DNA of 59,059 nucleotides from Clostridiaceae bacterium (GTDB lineage Bacteria; Bacillota; Clostridia; Clostridiales; Clostridiaceae): contig DATCIH010000055.1 of NCBI GenBank assembly GCA_036507955.1, positions 1 to 59,059 of the forward strand, read 5' to 3'. The position numbers and the translations under genes are program-made. Positions 39,863 to 49,275 of the stretch are shown here, piece by piece. How positions within the stretch are numbered: the stretch's first letter is position 1; the number at the start of each line of letters is the position of its first letter. The notes beneath the pieces are model-generated. The model was not told where the DNA came from. It saw only the letters and a program-made list of their open reading frames with translations, and did no database searches.

Positions 39863-40516
39863 ATGGATTTTGAAATTGATAATATGGATATTCATTTTAA
39901 TAAATGTGCTTCAGATTACGATAGACATTTTTATGAAGACTTAGGGATGTGCGAGTTCTATGATGAAATAGAAAAGCAGCTTAATACCTGTGGAAAACCC
40001 AAAAATATTCTGGTTCTTGGGTGTGGAACGGGACTTGAAATAGAAAGAATTAAGTACTCTGCTATAGTTACAGCAGTTGATATTTCATCTGGGATGCTGA
40101 CCCAGTTAAAGAAAAAGAAATTGTATCCGCAAGTCACATTAAATACTGTTTGTAGTTCGTATTTTGATATGACCTTTGCAGAAAAGGATTTTGACCTGGT
40201 GCTTTCTACATATTCCTTTCATCATTTTACGGTTCAACAAAAGGTTCAACTTTATAGTAAAATATACAATTGTTTAAAAATAAATGGTTATTTTATAAAT
40301 GGAGATACTGTTTGTAGAGATAAAGACACTGAAACTAAGTTAAGAAATGAAACAGAAGAATTCTATCAAAGGCAAAAACTTACTTTTGGAAGTATGCATA
40401 TTGATATCCCATTGGCTTTAGGCACTGAACTTGCCCTGCTTTCTGATGCTGGGTTTAATAGTTTATCAGTTGAAAAAAGATGGAATAAAACTGCATTGAT
40501 AAAAGCAATAAAGTAA
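39863..40516 (+). CDS. Class I SAM-dependent methyltransferase
   Basis: Motif I (ILVLGCGTGLE) and post-I acidic residue (AVDIS). RBS gggagg 8 nt upstream of ATG 39863. The ORF-track start at 39788 is probably too early. Confidence 0.75.
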   Translation: MDFEIDNMDIHFNKCASDYDRHFYEDLGMCEFYDEIEKQLNTCGKPKNILVLGCGTGLEIERIKYSAIVTAVDISSGMLTQLKKKKLYPQVTLNTVCSSYFDMTFAEKDFDLVLSTYSFHHFTVQQKVQLYSKIYNCLKINGYFINGDTVCRDKDTETKLRNETEEFYQRQKLTFGSMHIDIPLALGTELALLSDAGFNSLSVEKRWNKTALIKAIK

Positions 40517-40634
40517 CTAAAATTAATTGTGGAGTATGAACGTAATTTGTGGTTGTGTTAAGCCACAATATTTCTACCAGTGCGATCGTTGGATAATACC
40601 AAAGCAGTATTTTCAAAGGGAGGGTGTTTTCTTA

Positions 40635-41687
40635 ATGTCTGCAATAAATCAAGAATTGATAAATAGCACCTTAAAAGCATGGAACTTTAATGGTGCTGTC
40701 AGTGTAATAATAAATGGGAAAAATGTATATATAACTACTGATGGCATGGCTGATTTTGAAACAGGATGTCCATTTTCAACACATACAACGATGGAGTTGG
40801 CATCTCTATCAAAACAGTTTACGGCTGTGGCTATCATGAAAATGTTTGAAAACGGATTAGTAGATTTGGAATCCAAAATAAGCAAATACATACCGAAATA
40901 TTCACATGCAAACGAAATCACTATCCGTCATCTCTTGAATCATTCATCTGGGATTCCTGATTATACTGGAGAAATAATAGTACCAAGTGCACTAAAGCTA
41001 CTAGAGACCCAATGCACATCAGCAAACAATATAACTACTAAGATGAAAATGGAATGTATGAATAACTTATGCAGGGCATACAGTATTGAAGAGTGCTTGG
41101 ATTCGGTGAATACTCTACCGTTGCATTTCGTACCAGGAGAAGGAACAGCTTACTCTAATACAAATTATTATTTCCTGTCACATATTATTGGAAAGGTGAC
41201 AGGAAAATCATATGAGCAATACCTAAAAGAAGCTATTTTTGAACCACTTGAGATGTTTGAATCACATGCAAGTGGACTTCTGGCAAAGGCTGTAGGGTAC
41301 ATGATGGATGAGGAAAATAACAGAATTGTATGTGGAAGACATGGGATGGACAGTGGGGATAGTGGTGTTGTCTCCACAATTGAAGATATGACTAAGTGGT
41401 GTGAAGCTATATTAAATGGTAAACTTCTAAGTAAAAAAAGCTGGTCAGAATGTTTTAAACTGTATAAGGAGAGATTTGGCTTTGGGTTTCGAAGTTATGG
41501 TAAATGGCTTGGACACAATGGAGGAATGCCAGGAATTGCTACCCATGAAAGGATTCACTTGGATAGTAAAACCGCTTTAATATTAATGTGTAATTTAACT
41601 GGTTGTAGTCGAATTCAACATGGTGGAAATTGGAATGATTTCGTTGAAGAATTGATGGGGAATTTAAATTTTAGTGAAAGTAACTAA
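40635..41687 (+). CDS. Beta-lactamase-fold serine hydrolase (class C / PBP4*-like esterase)
   Basis: SxxK motif (ASLSKQF), YxN-like motif (YSNTNYY) and an HNGG (HxG-type) motif. Starts at the Met at 40635, after an RBS (aagggaggg). Confidence 0.7.
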   Translation: MSAINQELINSTLKAWNFNGAVSVIINGKNVYITTDGMADFETGCPFSTHTTMELASLSKQFTAVAIMKMFENGLVDLESKISKYIPKYSHANEITIRHLLNHSSGIPDYTGEIIVPSALKLLETQCTSANNITTKMKMECMNNLCRAYSIEECLDSVNTLPLHFVPGEGTAYSNTNYYFLSHIIGKVTGKSYEQYLKEAIFEPLEMFESHASGLLAKAVGYMMDEENNRIVCGRHGMDSGDSGVVSTIEDMTKWCEAILNGKLLSKKSWSECFKLYKERFGFGFRSYGKWLGHNGGMPGIATHERIHLDSKTALILMCNLTGCSRIQHGGNWNDFVEELMGNLNFSESN

Positions 41688-41969
41688 TCATGATGAGCAT
41701 AAGATATATGGTAAATTGAGAAATTCCTTCAACATCATCAGAATTAATTACAAATTTAATTGAACCTAAAATAAATTTGCTGAACATTTTTGTATGAACG
41801 ATTGCAACTATGGATTGCGTTCTGATGCAATTAACTTAGTATGAAAGAGTGATAAGGAGTTATCTGAAGAATTTATGAAACAAGTAATAAACCAGATACA
41901 AATAGTTCACAATCTTCATAAAAAGCGAATTAAATCAAGTCAAAAAGTTCAAGTTTGACTTGATGTTGC

Positions 41970-42014
41970 AAAATAAGAATAGGCAAAAGGTTACGTTAAA
42001 CCTTCTGCCTATTC
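41970..42014 (-). terminator. Intrinsic terminator downstream of the bactofilin gene
   Basis: gaataggcagaagg-tttaacgtaa-ccttttgcctattc followed by ttatttt on the minus strand. Confidence 0.55.
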
Positions 42015-42035
42015 TATTACTAAAATACATACTAT

Positions 42036-42440
42036 TTAATCTGTTTCTTCAGAAGCAGCTACTTGAGAATTATCACCAGACAAAATATTGCAGTTACCAT
42101 TAAACATTGCTCCATTCTCAACGGAAAAGTGCATTACTTCTATATCCCCTATAAGATGGCCAGTAGACATTATTTCCAGTACATCTTTACATTTTATATT
42201 TCCTCGTACATTACCACCAATACTGACCTTAAAGGCAGTTATATCACCTGTTACTTTCCCACCATCACCTATTATTACCTCAGCGTCAGATGCCAAATCT
42301 CCATCTAGTACCCCATCTATTCTTATCATGCCACTAGATGTAATATTACCAGTTATGATTGCAGAGGAACCAATTAAGGTTTCGATGGACCCTCTTTGTG
42401 ATGGTTGTTGAGAAGTCGTATTTTTTTGTTTTGTTAGCAT
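42036..42440 (-). CDS. Bactofilin (polymer-forming cytoskeletal protein, CcmA/DUF583 family)
   Basis: Repetitive beta-helix pattern (xxGxVxGDIxA) over 134 aa. RBS aagggggt. Confidence 0.8.
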   Translation of the reverse strand: MLTKQKNTTSQQPSQRGSIETLIGSSAIITGNITSSGMIRIDGVLDGDLASDAEVIIGDGGKVTGDITAFKVSIGGNVRGNIKCKDVLEIMSTGHLIGDIEVMHFSVENGAMFNGNCNILSGDNSQVAASEETD

Positions 42441-42503
42441 TTTAATTAACCCCCTTTACTAAATTATATGGATAAATAGCACACCATTATGATTCTTTTT
42501 ATT

Positions 42504-43400
42504 CTACTTAACTGTTGGGATACTTCTATTTACAACGCTATTAGGATCAATGGCCACGCCGCTAAGTCTTATCTCGAAATGACAATGGTTTCCTGTTGAT
42601 GCTCCTGTGCTGCCCATAAGGGAAATTATGTCTCCAATCTTCACGGTAGCTCCTACTTTAGCTAGTAACTTAGAATTGTGACCATATACTGTTTCATAAC
42701 CATTTCCATGATTTATTATTATAGCATTACCATAGCCACCATACCAATCTGCTCTAGTTACAACTCCATCTGCAGTAGCCTTTATTGGAGTTCCATAGCT
42801 TCCAGCGAAATCTATACCAGGGTGATATTCATAGGAATTACTAATTGGATTTATTCTGCTACCGAAGGTGCTGGTGATGATTCCTTCAACAGGAAACACA
42901 GAAGGTATTCGTCTTTGGGCTGCAACATAAGTATCCATGTCCCCTAGTAGAGTAGTTAACTTTCCTATGCTATCATCAAAATTAGCTTGTCCACTAATTA
43001 CAGTAGATCCACCTCTAGATAAATCTAGATTTGAACTCTTATTATTGATAATACTATTAATTTTGTCTTCTAGCGTCAATAGCTCACTAAGTTTTGAAGT
43101 AACAGCTGCTGAATCTGACTTATATTTAGTAATTTGTTTTTTATTAGAGTCTAAATTCTTTTGCATAGCTTGGGTATTTTCGGTACTATGAAGAAGAAGC
43201 TTTTCTGTATTAAACCCCTTGAACAGGAAAAAACATAAGGTAGAGAGGGTTATTATCATAGTAACAGAAATAATTGTGAAAACTGGAAAAAAGATACCGC
43301 TGAAGACTAACCTTCTGGTGATACCTTTTTTATTTGGAATAATCATAAGAGTATATTTTTTTTCCCGTAAATGTTTAATTTTCTTATTAATTAACCCCAT
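42504..43400 (-). CDS. M23-family peptidoglycan DD-metalloendopeptidase (LytM-like) with N-terminal TM and coiled coil
   Basis: HPGIDFAGSYGTPIKATADGVV and GNHCHFEIR zinc-ligand motifs. The likely start is the Met at 43400 (MGLINKK, RBS aaaggtg). Confidence 0.8.
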   Translation of the reverse strand: MGLINKKIKHLREKKYTLMIIPNKKGITRRLVFSGIFFPVFTIISVTMIITLSTLCFFLFKGFNTEKLLLHSTENTQAMQKNLDSNKKQITKYKSDSAAVTSKLSELLTLEDKINSIINNKSSNLDLSRGGSTVISGQANFDDSIGKLTTLLGDMDTYVAAQRRIPSVFPVEGIITSTFGSRINPISNSYEYHPGIDFAGSYGTPIKATADGVVTRADWYGGYGNAIIINHGNGYETVYGHNSKLLAKVGATVKIGDIISLMGSTGASTGNHCHFEIRLSGVAIDPNSVVNRSIPTVK

Positions 43401-43619
43401 ACTAGCACCTTTATGTATAAACAAATTTTCATATAATCAATAAAAGCTTAGTCAATTCTTTAATTATAATATGTAACAAAGCTTTATACAACAGGAATAT
43501 TAAACATTATTACAGAAAAAGTCAACTAAATGGTTAACCTTTAGTATATCTGGTATAATAATCATTAGTAAAAGGGATAAGAACAATGCTAAAAGTTAAA
43601 TTATGGAGGAGACAAAATC

Positions 43620-44267
43620 ATGAAAAGAATTGAAACAATAACAAAAATGATTGAAGGCGGCGTAGTTGCGGTAATAAGAGCAGAATCAAAGGATAAGGGC
43701 TTTAAGATAATTGAAGCTATAAAAAAAGGTGGCATAAAGGCCTTAGAGATAACCATGACAGTACCAGGTGCTGTGGATATAATAAAGGAACTAAATGAGG
43801 CTTATAAGGATGAGGATGTAATAATAGGAGCAGGTACAGTGCTTGATCCTGAAACTGCAAGGTTATGTATACTTGCAGGCGCAAAATATATAGTGAGCCC
43901 AAGTTTAAATGTTGAAACTATTAAGCTTTGTAATAGGTATAGAATTCCTGTTATGCCTGGAATAATGACAGTTAAGGAAGCCATAGAAGCCTTAGAGTAT
44001 GGGATTGAAATAATTAAGGTTTTTCCAGGAAATGCTTTTGGTTCTTCTATAATAAGCTCCTTTAAGGGACCTTTGCCTCAAGCAAACTTTATGCCAACAG
44101 GCGGAGTTAGCATAGATAATGTAAAGGATTGGATTAAAGCAGGGGCTGTGGCAGTGGGTACTGGAAGTGAGCTAACCAATGGCGCTAAAACTGGCGACTA
44201 TGAAGCAATAACCCACGCTGCAGAAAGATTTATTGAAGAAGTGAAAAAAGCAAGAGGACAGATATAG
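43620..44267 (+). CDS. eda: KDPG / KHG aldolase
   Basis: ALEITMTVPGA and IKVFPG motifs. 215 aa. Confidence 0.85.
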   Translation: MKRIETITKMIEGGVVAVIRAESKDKGFKIIEAIKKGGIKALEITMTVPGAVDIIKELNEAYKDEDVIIGAGTVLDPETARLCILAGAKYIVSPSLNVETIKLCNRYRIPVMPGIMTVKEAIEALEYGIEIIKVFPGNAFGSSIISSFKGPLPQANFMPTGGVSIDNVKDWIKAGAVAVGTGSELTNGAKTGDYEAITHAAERFIEEVKKARGQI

Positions 44268-44285
44268 TATAAGGTTAAGGAGGAA

Positions 44286-45236
44286 ATGACAATGGATGTA
44301 GTAACTTTTGGAGAATCAATGGTAGTGTTTAGTCCTGATTCCTCAGGACCACTTAGGTATATACATAGTTTTAATAAATCAATAGGTGGAGCAGAATCTA
44401 ATTTATCAATAGCTCTCTCAAGACTTGGAAATAGTGTAGGCTGGTTTTCTAAGGTTGGAGATGATGAGTTTGGAAGATACATAATCTCCACAATACGTGG
44501 AGAAGGGGTTGACACCTCTAAAGCTATTGTTGATGGAGGTTATCCTACTGGATTACTCTTTAAGGAAAAGTTTATTCATGAAAACCCAAATGTATATTAT
44601 TATAGGAAGGGTTCTGCAGCAAGTAGCATAACTCCTGAGGATTTAGATAAAGATTATATTGCTAGTGCTAAAATACTTCATATAACTGGTATAACTCCAG
44701 CTATATCAAATTCCGCAAAAGAAACAGTATTGAAAGCTATCGATATAGCACGGGAAAACAATGTCCTTGTTTCCTTTGATCCGAATATTAGGCTAAAGCT
44801 TTGGTCTATTGAGGAAGCAAGACCAGTGCTTCTTGAGATAGCTTCTAAAGCAGATATAATATTTCCTGGTGCGGATGAAGCAAAGCTTTTAATTGGCACA
44901 GAGGAGCCTGAGGAAGTGGCAAGAGAATTTATAAAAAGAGGAGCAATCTACGTGGCTGTAAAGCTTGGGGCTAAGGGATGCTTTGTTGCAGATAAAAACT
45001 CCTCTGAATTTGTTCCCGGCTATAAGGTTAAGCCGATTGATACAGTTGGTGCAGGAGATGGTTTTGCTGCAGGCTTTTTAACAGGCTTTTTAAAGGGTAA
45101 GAGTCTTAAGGACTGTGGTATGTATGGAAATGGAGTAGGTGCTTTAGCCACCTTAGTAAAGGGTGACTGCGAGGGATTTCCAAGCTTTGATCAACTACTT
45201 GAGTTTATGGGTGAGAAAACTATAGTAAGTAGATAG
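44286..45236 (+). CDS. kdgK: 2-dehydro-3-deoxygluconokinase (PfkB family)
   Basis: PfkB motifs (GGAESNLSIALSRLG ... DTVGAGDGFAAGFL). Adjacent to eda. Confidence 0.8.
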   Translation: MTMDVVTFGESMVVFSPDSSGPLRYIHSFNKSIGGAESNLSIALSRLGNSVGWFSKVGDDEFGRYIISTIRGEGVDTSKAIVDGGYPTGLLFKEKFIHENPNVYYYRKGSAASSITPEDLDKDYIASAKILHITGITPAISNSAKETVLKAIDIARENNVLVSFDPNIRLKLWSIEEARPVLLEIASKADIIFPGADEAKLLIGTEEPEEVAREFIKRGAIYVAVKLGAKGCFVADKNSSEFVPGYKVKPIDTVGAGDGFAAGFLTGFLKGKSLKDCGMYGNGVGALATLVKGDCEGFPSFDQLLEFMGEKTIVSR

Positions 45237-45248
45237 TCAAATATAAAA

Positions 45249-45283
45249 AATTAAGGAACTGATTTATCAGTTCCTTAATTTAT
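45249..45283. terminator. Bidirectional intrinsic terminator
   Basis: aattaaggaactgat-ttat-cagttccttaatt, flanked by A- and T-runs. It sits between convergent kdgK and the AKR gene. Confidence 0.7.
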
Positions 45284-45310
45284 GTCATAACGACTTTAAA
45301 ATTTATTTTT

Positions 45311-46297
45311 TTACCAAAGATCATGGACAGAAGGCCTAACAAATTCATTATAAATGCCTTCTACTTTTTTAAGCTCCTCTAAGGTTAAAGGTGCAATATT
45401 AGAGGCTTTGATGTTCTTTTCAGCTTGTTCTTTGCTACTAGCTCCTGGTATGATGCAGCTAACTGCATCCTGTGTCAGTATCCATTTTAAAGCATAGCTT
45501 GACAGGGTTTCTCTTCCTAAAAACAATTTTTTAAGCTCTTCTACTGCATTTAGACCTAGGTTATAATCTACCCCTGAGAAGGTTTCCCCTTTATCAAAGG
45601 CCTCACCATTTCTATTGAAATGCCTGTGGTCGGCAGCTTCAAATTTTGTTGAAGTATTAAATTTACCTGTTAGAAGTCCACTTGCTAAAGGAACCCTTAC
45701 TATAACTCCTATATTTTTATCCTTTGCTGCCTTGAAAAAAACTTCTGCTGGCTTTTGCCTAAACATATTGAAAATAATTTGTACTGTTGCCAACTCCGGA
45801 TATTCTATGGCCTTTAGAGCTTCAGATACTTTTTCTACGCTTACACCATAATTAAGTATTTTACCTTCTTCTTTAAGCTTTGATAAGGTTTCAAATACTT
45901 CATTCTTATGATATACCTCACTTGGAGGACAATGCAGCTGAATTAAATCTAAAGTTTCTAGGCCTGTATTTCTAAGACTGTCCTCTATAAAGCCTCTAAT
46001 ATTTTCTTTGTTATACCCTTCTTTAGTATGGGGGTTAAGTCTTCTACCACATTTTGTTGCAACATATATCTTTTCACTTCTACTCTTAACAACCTTTCCA
46101 ACGACTCTTTCGCTTAAGCCATCACTGTAAACATCGGCAGTATCAATAAAGTTAACTCCATTGTCTATGGCATTGTTTATTATCTCTATGGCATTTTTTT
46201 CGTTAAAGTTAGAACCCCAAGGACCTCCGACCTGCCAAGTACCAAGGGAAATTTCAGATATTTTATATCCGGTTTTTCCTAAAACTCTATAGTTCAT
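45311..46297 (-). CDS. Aldo/keto reductase
   Basis: AKR N-terminal pattern (YRVLGKTGYKISEISLGTW ... IDTADVY). Start placed at MNYRV, 8 nt after ggtgg. Confidence 0.8.
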   Translation of the reverse strand: MNYRVLGKTGYKISEISLGTWQVGGPWGSNFNEKNAIEIINNAIDNGVNFIDTADVYSDGLSERVVGKVVKSRSEKIYVATKCGRRLNPHTKEGYNKENIRGFIEDSLRNTGLETLDLIQLHCPPSEVYHKNEVFETLSKLKEEGKILNYGVSVEKVSEALKAIEYPELATVQIIFNMFRQKPAEVFFKAAKDKNIGVIVRVPLASGLLTGKFNTSTKFEAADHRHFNRNGEAFDKGETFSGVDYNLGLNAVEELKKLFLGRETLSSYALKWILTQDAVSCIIPGASSKEQAEKNIKASNIAPLTLEELKKVEGIYNEFVRPSVHDLW

Positions 46298-46569
46298 AAT
46301 AAATTCCACCTTCCTTTTATAGGTTTAAGCCTATGTCTTGTATTTAGTATTGTCATACTCTGATGGTGTACGTGAATAATAATGAACGATAATGTTTAAA
46401 TCTCTTAATATTATTCTATAAGGTTAATATAGAAATGTCAATTAAAGTAGGGGCGACAATTAACAGTTATAATTGTATATATATCGATTTTATAATAAAA
46501 TGTAACTGATGGAAGTTAAGTGCATCTGAAAGATGGTGGTATAAGATAGTTTATTTAGAAACAGATAGA

Positions 46570-47112
46570 TTGATAATAAGAGATCATATAGAAGCTGATA
46601 TTGAAGGCATGCATCTCCTTTTATCTAATGAAAAGGTTATGTACTATTTGCCAGATATAAAGACTGATACCCTAGAAGAATCTAAAAATAACCTTAAAGT
46701 AGCAATAGAAGAGGCAGCTAATCAGGTTAGAACTAAATATTTCTTTGCTATAATTATGAAAGCTACAAAAGAATATATAGGAGAAGTTGGGTTTACAGTT
46801 ATAACAGCTTGTCCCAAGGGAAGGATAGTTAATCTAGGATATTTCATACTTGAAAGATTTTGGGGGAAGGGTATCACCAAAGAGGCAGCGGGCGAAGTTG
46901 CAAATTATGCCTTCTCCATAGAAGGCATAATTAAAATTGAAACTGGATGTGTAAAGGAAAATATAGCTTCAGAGATGGTTATGAAAAAGATAGGGATGTT
47001 AAAGGAAGCTGAACTAAAAAAACATGAATTTGTTCAAGGTGAACTTAGAGATCGCTTAGAGTATGGTCTTTTAAAAGAGGAATGGGAAAAGCAAAAAGGT
47101 ATCTTGTTTTAA
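46570..47112 (+). CDS. GNAT-family N-acetyltransferase (RimJ-like)
   Basis: WGKGITKEAAGEVANYAF motif A. TTG start. Confidence 0.7.
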   Translation: MIIRDHIEADIEGMHLLLSNEKVMYYLPDIKTDTLEESKNNLKVAIEEAANQVRTKYFFAIIMKATKEYIGEVGFTVITACPKGRIVNLGYFILERFWGKGITKEAAGEVANYAFSIEGIIKIETGCVKENIASEMVMKKIGMLKEAELKKHEFVQGELRDRLEYGLLKEEWEKQKGILF

Positions 47113-47354
47113 CACCAAATACCTTCTTGTACTTTATAAATAGCAAATTCATATTTTATAAATTTCTCAAAACAATTTTCATCGTTGAACTCCATATAAT
47201 CAATTTTATAATCAGCATCTAACAGGCCATCGGTTTCAATATCAAAACATATATACTTAGTATTATTTTCCTTTGCCTTTTCAATGATATGATATATTTC
47301 TTCTTCCGCTTTTTTTCTGGAGATTTCATTTCGTATGTATTGTAAATTTATCAT
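47109..47354 (-). CDS. Hypothetical small protein
   Basis: 81-aa ORF filling the gap between convergent genes. No recognisable family. Confidence 0.3.
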   Translation of the reverse strand: MINLQYIRNEISRKKAEEEIYHIIEKAKENNTKYICFDIETDGLLDADYKIDYMEFNDENCFEKFIKYEFAIYKVQEGIWC

Positions 47355-47455
47355 TTTGCACCTTCCTATTTAGTAAATATTAATTATATAATAAAGTATA
47401 AGGCAATTTCATTATAAAGGAAAGAATTTTGAATAAACAGTATAGGAGTTGAAAT

Positions 47456-48277
47456 ATGAGTGAAGAAAAAGCAATAGATGCAGTTAAGGAAATGAACACT
47501 ATTACTTCAGTATATAAGGGCTTACAAGAGCTTGGAGTAAAAAATGGTGATACATTATTGGTTCACTCCTCCTTATCTAGCTTAGGCTGGGTTTGTGGAG
47601 GAGCTCAGGGAGTGGTTATGGCCTTGCTTAAAGCAGTAGGAGAAAAGGGAACCTTAGTTATGCCAACTCATAGCGGGGATATTTCTGATCCTTCAGAGTG
47701 GAGGTACCCTCCAGTACCAAAGGAGTGGGTGGATGAAATTTACGAAATGATGCCAGCCTTTGATATAAATCTGTCACCTTCAAGAGGAATGGGCAAAAGT
47801 GCAGAGCTATTTAGAAATTTACCTAAGACTATAAGATCCAATCATCCTCAAGTGTCCTTTTGTGCCAGTGGAAATGTGGCAGAGGAGATTACTAGAGAGC
47901 ATGAACTAACTCCTTCCTTTGGAATGAATACTCCTATAGGTAGAATGTATGAGCTAGGGGGAAAAGTGCTTTTATTGGGAGTTGGCTACGATTCATGTTC
48001 AAGCTTTCATCTATCCGAGGTGTTAAGTGAAAATATGCCTTCAAAAAGAATGGGTGCTGCAATAATAGAAAATAAAAAAAGGACATGGAAATGGTTTGAA
48101 GATTATGCTTATGATTCGGATAAGGATTTTGAGGAGCTTGGGATGGCTTTTGAAGATACAGGCATGGTAAGGACAGGGTATATAGGTAATGCTAGTTGCA
48201 AAATATTTTCTCTTAAGGAGGGGGTAGATTTTGCAACCACTTGGCTCAAAAAAAATAGATTTCATTTAGATGCTTAA
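47456..48277 (+). CDS. Aminoglycoside N(3)-acetyltransferase family protein (AAC(3)/YokD-like)
   Basis: Start of the AAC(3) fold (LGVKNGDTLLVHSSLSSLGWVCGGAQGVVMAL...TLVMPTHSGD). Confidence 0.8.
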   Translation: MSEEKAIDAVKEMNTITSVYKGLQELGVKNGDTLLVHSSLSSLGWVCGGAQGVVMALLKAVGEKGTLVMPTHSGDISDPSEWRYPPVPKEWVDEIYEMMPAFDINLSPSRGMGKSAELFRNLPKTIRSNHPQVSFCASGNVAEEITREHELTPSFGMNTPIGRMYELGGKVLLLGVGYDSCSSFHLSEVLSENMPSKRMGAAIIENKKRTWKWFEDYAYDSDKDFEELGMAFEDTGMVRTGYIGNASCKIFSLKEGVDFATTWLKKNRFHLDA

Positions 48278-48294
48278 GTTATGCTTTAGATAGA

Positions 48295-49173
48295 TTATCT
48301 GTTTTTTCTCCACTGCATAGGGGAGGCTCCTGTTAAACTTTTAAAGTTCCTGTTAAAGCTTGAAAGGGAATTAAAGCCAACTGTATTTGAGATCTCTAAA
48401 ATAGATTTGTAGGAATTACTTAAAAGTATTGAAGCCATCTTAATTTTAACTATTATAATATATTCTGATGGAGTATGGTGTAGGGCGGTCTTAAAAACCC
48501 GCCTAAAATGGGCTTCGCTGATACAGCAGAGCAAGGCTAAATCTCTTGAGTATATTTCATTCATATAATTGTTGTAAATATAATTTAATGCGGGAGTGAC
48601 TTTTTCAAGACTGCTTGGGCTGATACTAGCCTGAGAAATATCTTCTCCTATTTTATTTACTCTGGCAAATTTAATGAAAAAGCTCCAGAGGAGTCCCTTT
48701 ACAGAGGACTTGTACCCATTCTCCTGCCTTAAGAGTTCTTGAAAAACCATATTGAGCAAATTAACTAACTCTGGATGCTTATCAGCAGTAATAATATTTT
48801 CACAATTATAACCGTTTTGTATAATTTGTTTTAAAAAGTCTATATCCTTTATTGATTGAGTTTCAAGGAGCTTTAATATATCTAAAGAAGTGAATTCCCA
48901 TACACTTAATTTACCTGTCTCACTGCAAGCAATGTGAATTTGATTCTTGAATATGATTGAGACATCCCCGGCTTTGAAATCAAAAATTCTCCCATCTACC
49001 ACAAATATTCCAGAACCTTCATAACATATTCCAAGCTCCAGATATTCATGGGTATGAAAAAATTCTATACTATCATTAGGACTATGCTTACCAGGTACTA
49101 ATATAGGAAATTCTTCTGCTAGGGTAATAGGCTCATACCTGATGGGATAAAGATCATTTGCTTGTTTTTGCAT
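48295..49173 (-). CDS. AraC-family transcriptional regulator (cupin + HTH)
   Basis: C-terminal AraC HTH (LALLCCISEAHFRRVFKTALHHTPSEY ... ISNTVGFNSLSSFNRNFKSLTGASP). Confidence 0.8.
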   Translation of the reverse strand: MQKQANDLYPIRYEPITLAEEFPILVPGKHSPNDSIEFFHTHEYLELGICYEGSGIFVVDGRIFDFKAGDVSIIFKNQIHIACSETGKLSVWEFTSLDILKLLETQSIKDIDFLKQIIQNGYNCENIITADKHPELVNLLNMVFQELLRQENGYKSSVKGLLWSFFIKFARVNKIGEDISQASISPSSLEKVTPALNYIYNNYMNEIYSRDLALLCCISEAHFRRVFKTALHHTPSEYIIIVKIKMASILLSNSYKSILEISNTVGFNSLSSFNRNFKSLTGASPMQWRKNR

Positions 49174-49275
49174 AGTTTTTGCTCCTTTTCAAGATGAAAT
49201 GCTTGCTTTAATACATTATACTGATAGTATAAGCTTAAAACAATACTATTAAAATACAAAAAAGGAGTGATGATT

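Noticed and set aside
41934-41964. An 11-bp perfect inverted repeat (atcaagtcaaa...tttgacttgat) with a small upstream ORF (MKQVINQIQIVHNLHKKRIKSSQKVQV), as a possible attenuator.
   Set aside because: It has no following U-run, and no regulated gene lies downstream on that strand because the next gene is convergent. It is probably an incidental hairpin.
47109-47354. 'ICFDIETDGLL' in the 81-aa ORF as a DEDD exonuclease motif.
   Set aside because: The protein is far too short for an exonuclease domain and the motif is near its middle. It is probably coincidental.
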